DNA of 60,912 bases, filler included, from Candidatus Ancaeobacter aquaticus (GTDB taxonomy: Bacteria; Auribacterota; Ancaeobacteria; Ancaeobacterales; Ancaeobacteraceae): assembly GCA_030765405.1 (NCBI GenBank). It is 4 parts of 4 records of this genome, joined end to end, with 100 filler letters (N's around TTAATTAATTAA, not from the genome) between each part and the next. Parts side by side here need not be neighbours in the genome. Positions count along the whole stretch, not along the records: positions 57,879 to 60,912 come from JAVCCP010000016.1; 3 more parts are not named here. One strand, 5' to 3'. The notes under the pieces are model-generated. The model was not told the DNA's origin. It did not search any database and saw nothing but the letters and a program-made list of their open reading frames with translations. Each line of letters begins with the position of its first letter. The first letter of the stretch is position 1. Positions 59,424 to 60,912 of this stretch are shown here, in pieces. A program made the position numbers and the translations under genes.

Positions 59424-60164
59424 TTAATAAAATACTTTCACTAAATATAGCCCCTGTGAAGGTGCGGTAGGAACGGTCATTGATCGTTTTTTGACTTCTA
59501 GGAGCTTCTTTATATCTTTTGGGGTAATCTTCCCACTGCCCACTTCGATAAGTGCACCAACAATGCTTCTTACCATTTTATAGAGAAAACCGCTTCCTTT
59601 GATATCTATTGTAATAATATCCCCTTTTCTTTTAACCTTGAGATATATGATCTTCTTTATAGGAGAGCCCTGATCTTCGCCGCTGTCAGCGCTAAATGAG
59701 GTAAAATCATGTGTTCCTATAAGATACTTCACCACTGAAAGCATTTTTCGCTCATTAAGACGACAGAGCTTAAAATGATACTTATAATCCCGCTCAATAG
59801 CAGGAGCTATCTTTGCATCACTTATAATATACCTGTAATGCTTCGCTTTTGCGTCAAAGCGGGCATTAAAGCCTGCTTTTGCGTCTTCTGCTTTCACTAC
59901 TCGTGTATCACCGGGTAAATGAGAGTTTAAGGCCATTTGAATATTTTTGAGAGGTAAGGTCGATTTGGTCTTAAAACTAATGACTTGGCCGTAAGCATGG
60001 ACCCCACTGTCTGTCCTACTGGAATACTCTATTTTAGGGGTTTCTTTGGTTAGTTTCTTTATTGCTAGCTGCAGTTCCTGCATGACCGTGCGATCTTTCG
60101 GCTGTATTTGCCATCCACAGTGATGTGTGCCATCATATTCTATTGTAAGCTTTAGGTTGCGCAT
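59424..60164 (-). CDS. truA: tRNA pseudouridine(38-40) synthase
   Basis: IEYDGT...GWQIQ, SRTDSGVHA, FNARF, FLYKMVR.IVG. Confidence 0.96.
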   Translation of the reverse strand: MRNLKLTIEYDGTHHCGWQIQPKDRTVMQELQLAIKKLTKETPKIEYSSRTDSGVHAYGQVISFKTKSTLPLKNIQMALNSHLPGDTRVVKAEDAKAGFNARFDAKAKHYRYIISDAKIAPAIERDYKYHFKLCRLNERKMLSVVKYLIGTHDFTSFSADSGEDQGSPIKKIIYLKVKRKGDIITIDIKGSGFLYKMVRSIVGALIEVGSGKITPKDIKKLLEVKKRSMTVPTAPSQGLYLVKVFY

Positions 60165-60327
60165 TATGAGTTCATAGATACTTTAGTTCATAGTTGATAG
60201 TTCATGGTTCATTGATATAAAAACTGCGTGATTGAGTTATTAAGCAATTAGGCAATTAAGTAAAAACTAATCGCTCTCCGATACTATTTATTTTTTTGCA
60301 CCGTACAATTATGCAGATTTCATCTAA

Positions 60328-60745
60328 TTAATCTCGCGTTCCGATCAATTTGAGTACATTTTCTTTTGTAAATATCTCTATATCAGAGGGGGTTTCAAGG
60401 AAGTTCTCTACATCGCTTTTTACCTTTTTCCAATCCGCATCTTGTACAGTGTTATATAAAAATGATCTCCAATTGTCTTGTGATAAGACATCCCCACTCC
60501 ACCCTGTCTGAGACAATGCATTATTCAGAAGCTCTAAGTTTGGGACTATGTCTTTCCATTTAGAAAAATACCAGCCTATATCAAAATAATCCCTACCTTT
60601 TGTATACTTTCGGTTAAGCAATGCATGCATTTTTCTTGCAAGCAGTGAAGGTAAATCGAATGTCAGAAAAGCAATGGGGAAATATTTATTAATAATAGAT
60701 GTTTCCAGCACGCTACCTTGTGGAGGCTTTGTATCAATTTTGATG
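60328..60745 (-). pseudogene. C-terminal fragment of an AbiEii-like nucleotidyltransferase toxin
   Basis: IDTKPP, K.HALL.R...KGRDYFDI.W motifs; an in-frame TAG upstream and no N-terminal domain. Confidence 0.7.
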
Positions 60746-60912
60746 TATAGGATCCATATTTCAGGGACACCATACTAAATTCAGAACTCCATACATGGGA
60801 TCCACAGCAATCTTACCTAAATAGCTACGAATAAATAGTTTCCCCGGATAGTTTGTGATAAAATGCTTCAGATAAAAGATTTTTTTTAAGAGACTTGATT
60901 TTTCAAAAGTGA

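Overview
AT-rich bacterial sequence from a diderm organism, most likely a metagenome-assembled genome. The rpsF-ssb-rpsR-rplI-dnaB-bamA-skp-lpxD order, lpxC-fabZ fusion, lpxI and PEP-CTERM proteins suggest a PVC-superphylum-like lineage (inference only). The window is four contigs joined by three artificial 100-nt N linkers carrying TTAATTAATTAA (22264-22363, 33766-33865, 57779-57878), so adjacency across gaps is not evidence. Contig 1: a large serine recombinase whose stop codon lies inside tRNA-Glu, tRNA-Lys, rpsB-tsf-pyrH-frr, a lipid A/Bam operon, dnaB, an rpsF with a repetitive tail, and a truncated PEP-CTERM repeat protein. Contig 2: GNAT, a his operon running into trpE-trpG, an IS-truncated gene and a 1042-aa exported 2H-phosphoesterase/DUF218/HD fusion. 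Contig 3: an IS-truncated PqqD-like gene, nucleotidyltransferase, ADP-forming acetate-CoA ligase, def/fmt/rsmB, PilZ-like plus HD-GYP, peptidoglycan recycling genes, a second lpxA, and three tandem PEP-CTERM cassettes. Each cassette has conserved ends, a variable core and an IS66-like end upstream; the last abuts a second IS66-like end across 8 bp. Contig 4: an IS3-family element, an IS66-like remnant, truA and an AbiEii fragment. The cassette array is the best candidate for an undescribed system. All annotations come from motif recognition by eye; no database search was run.
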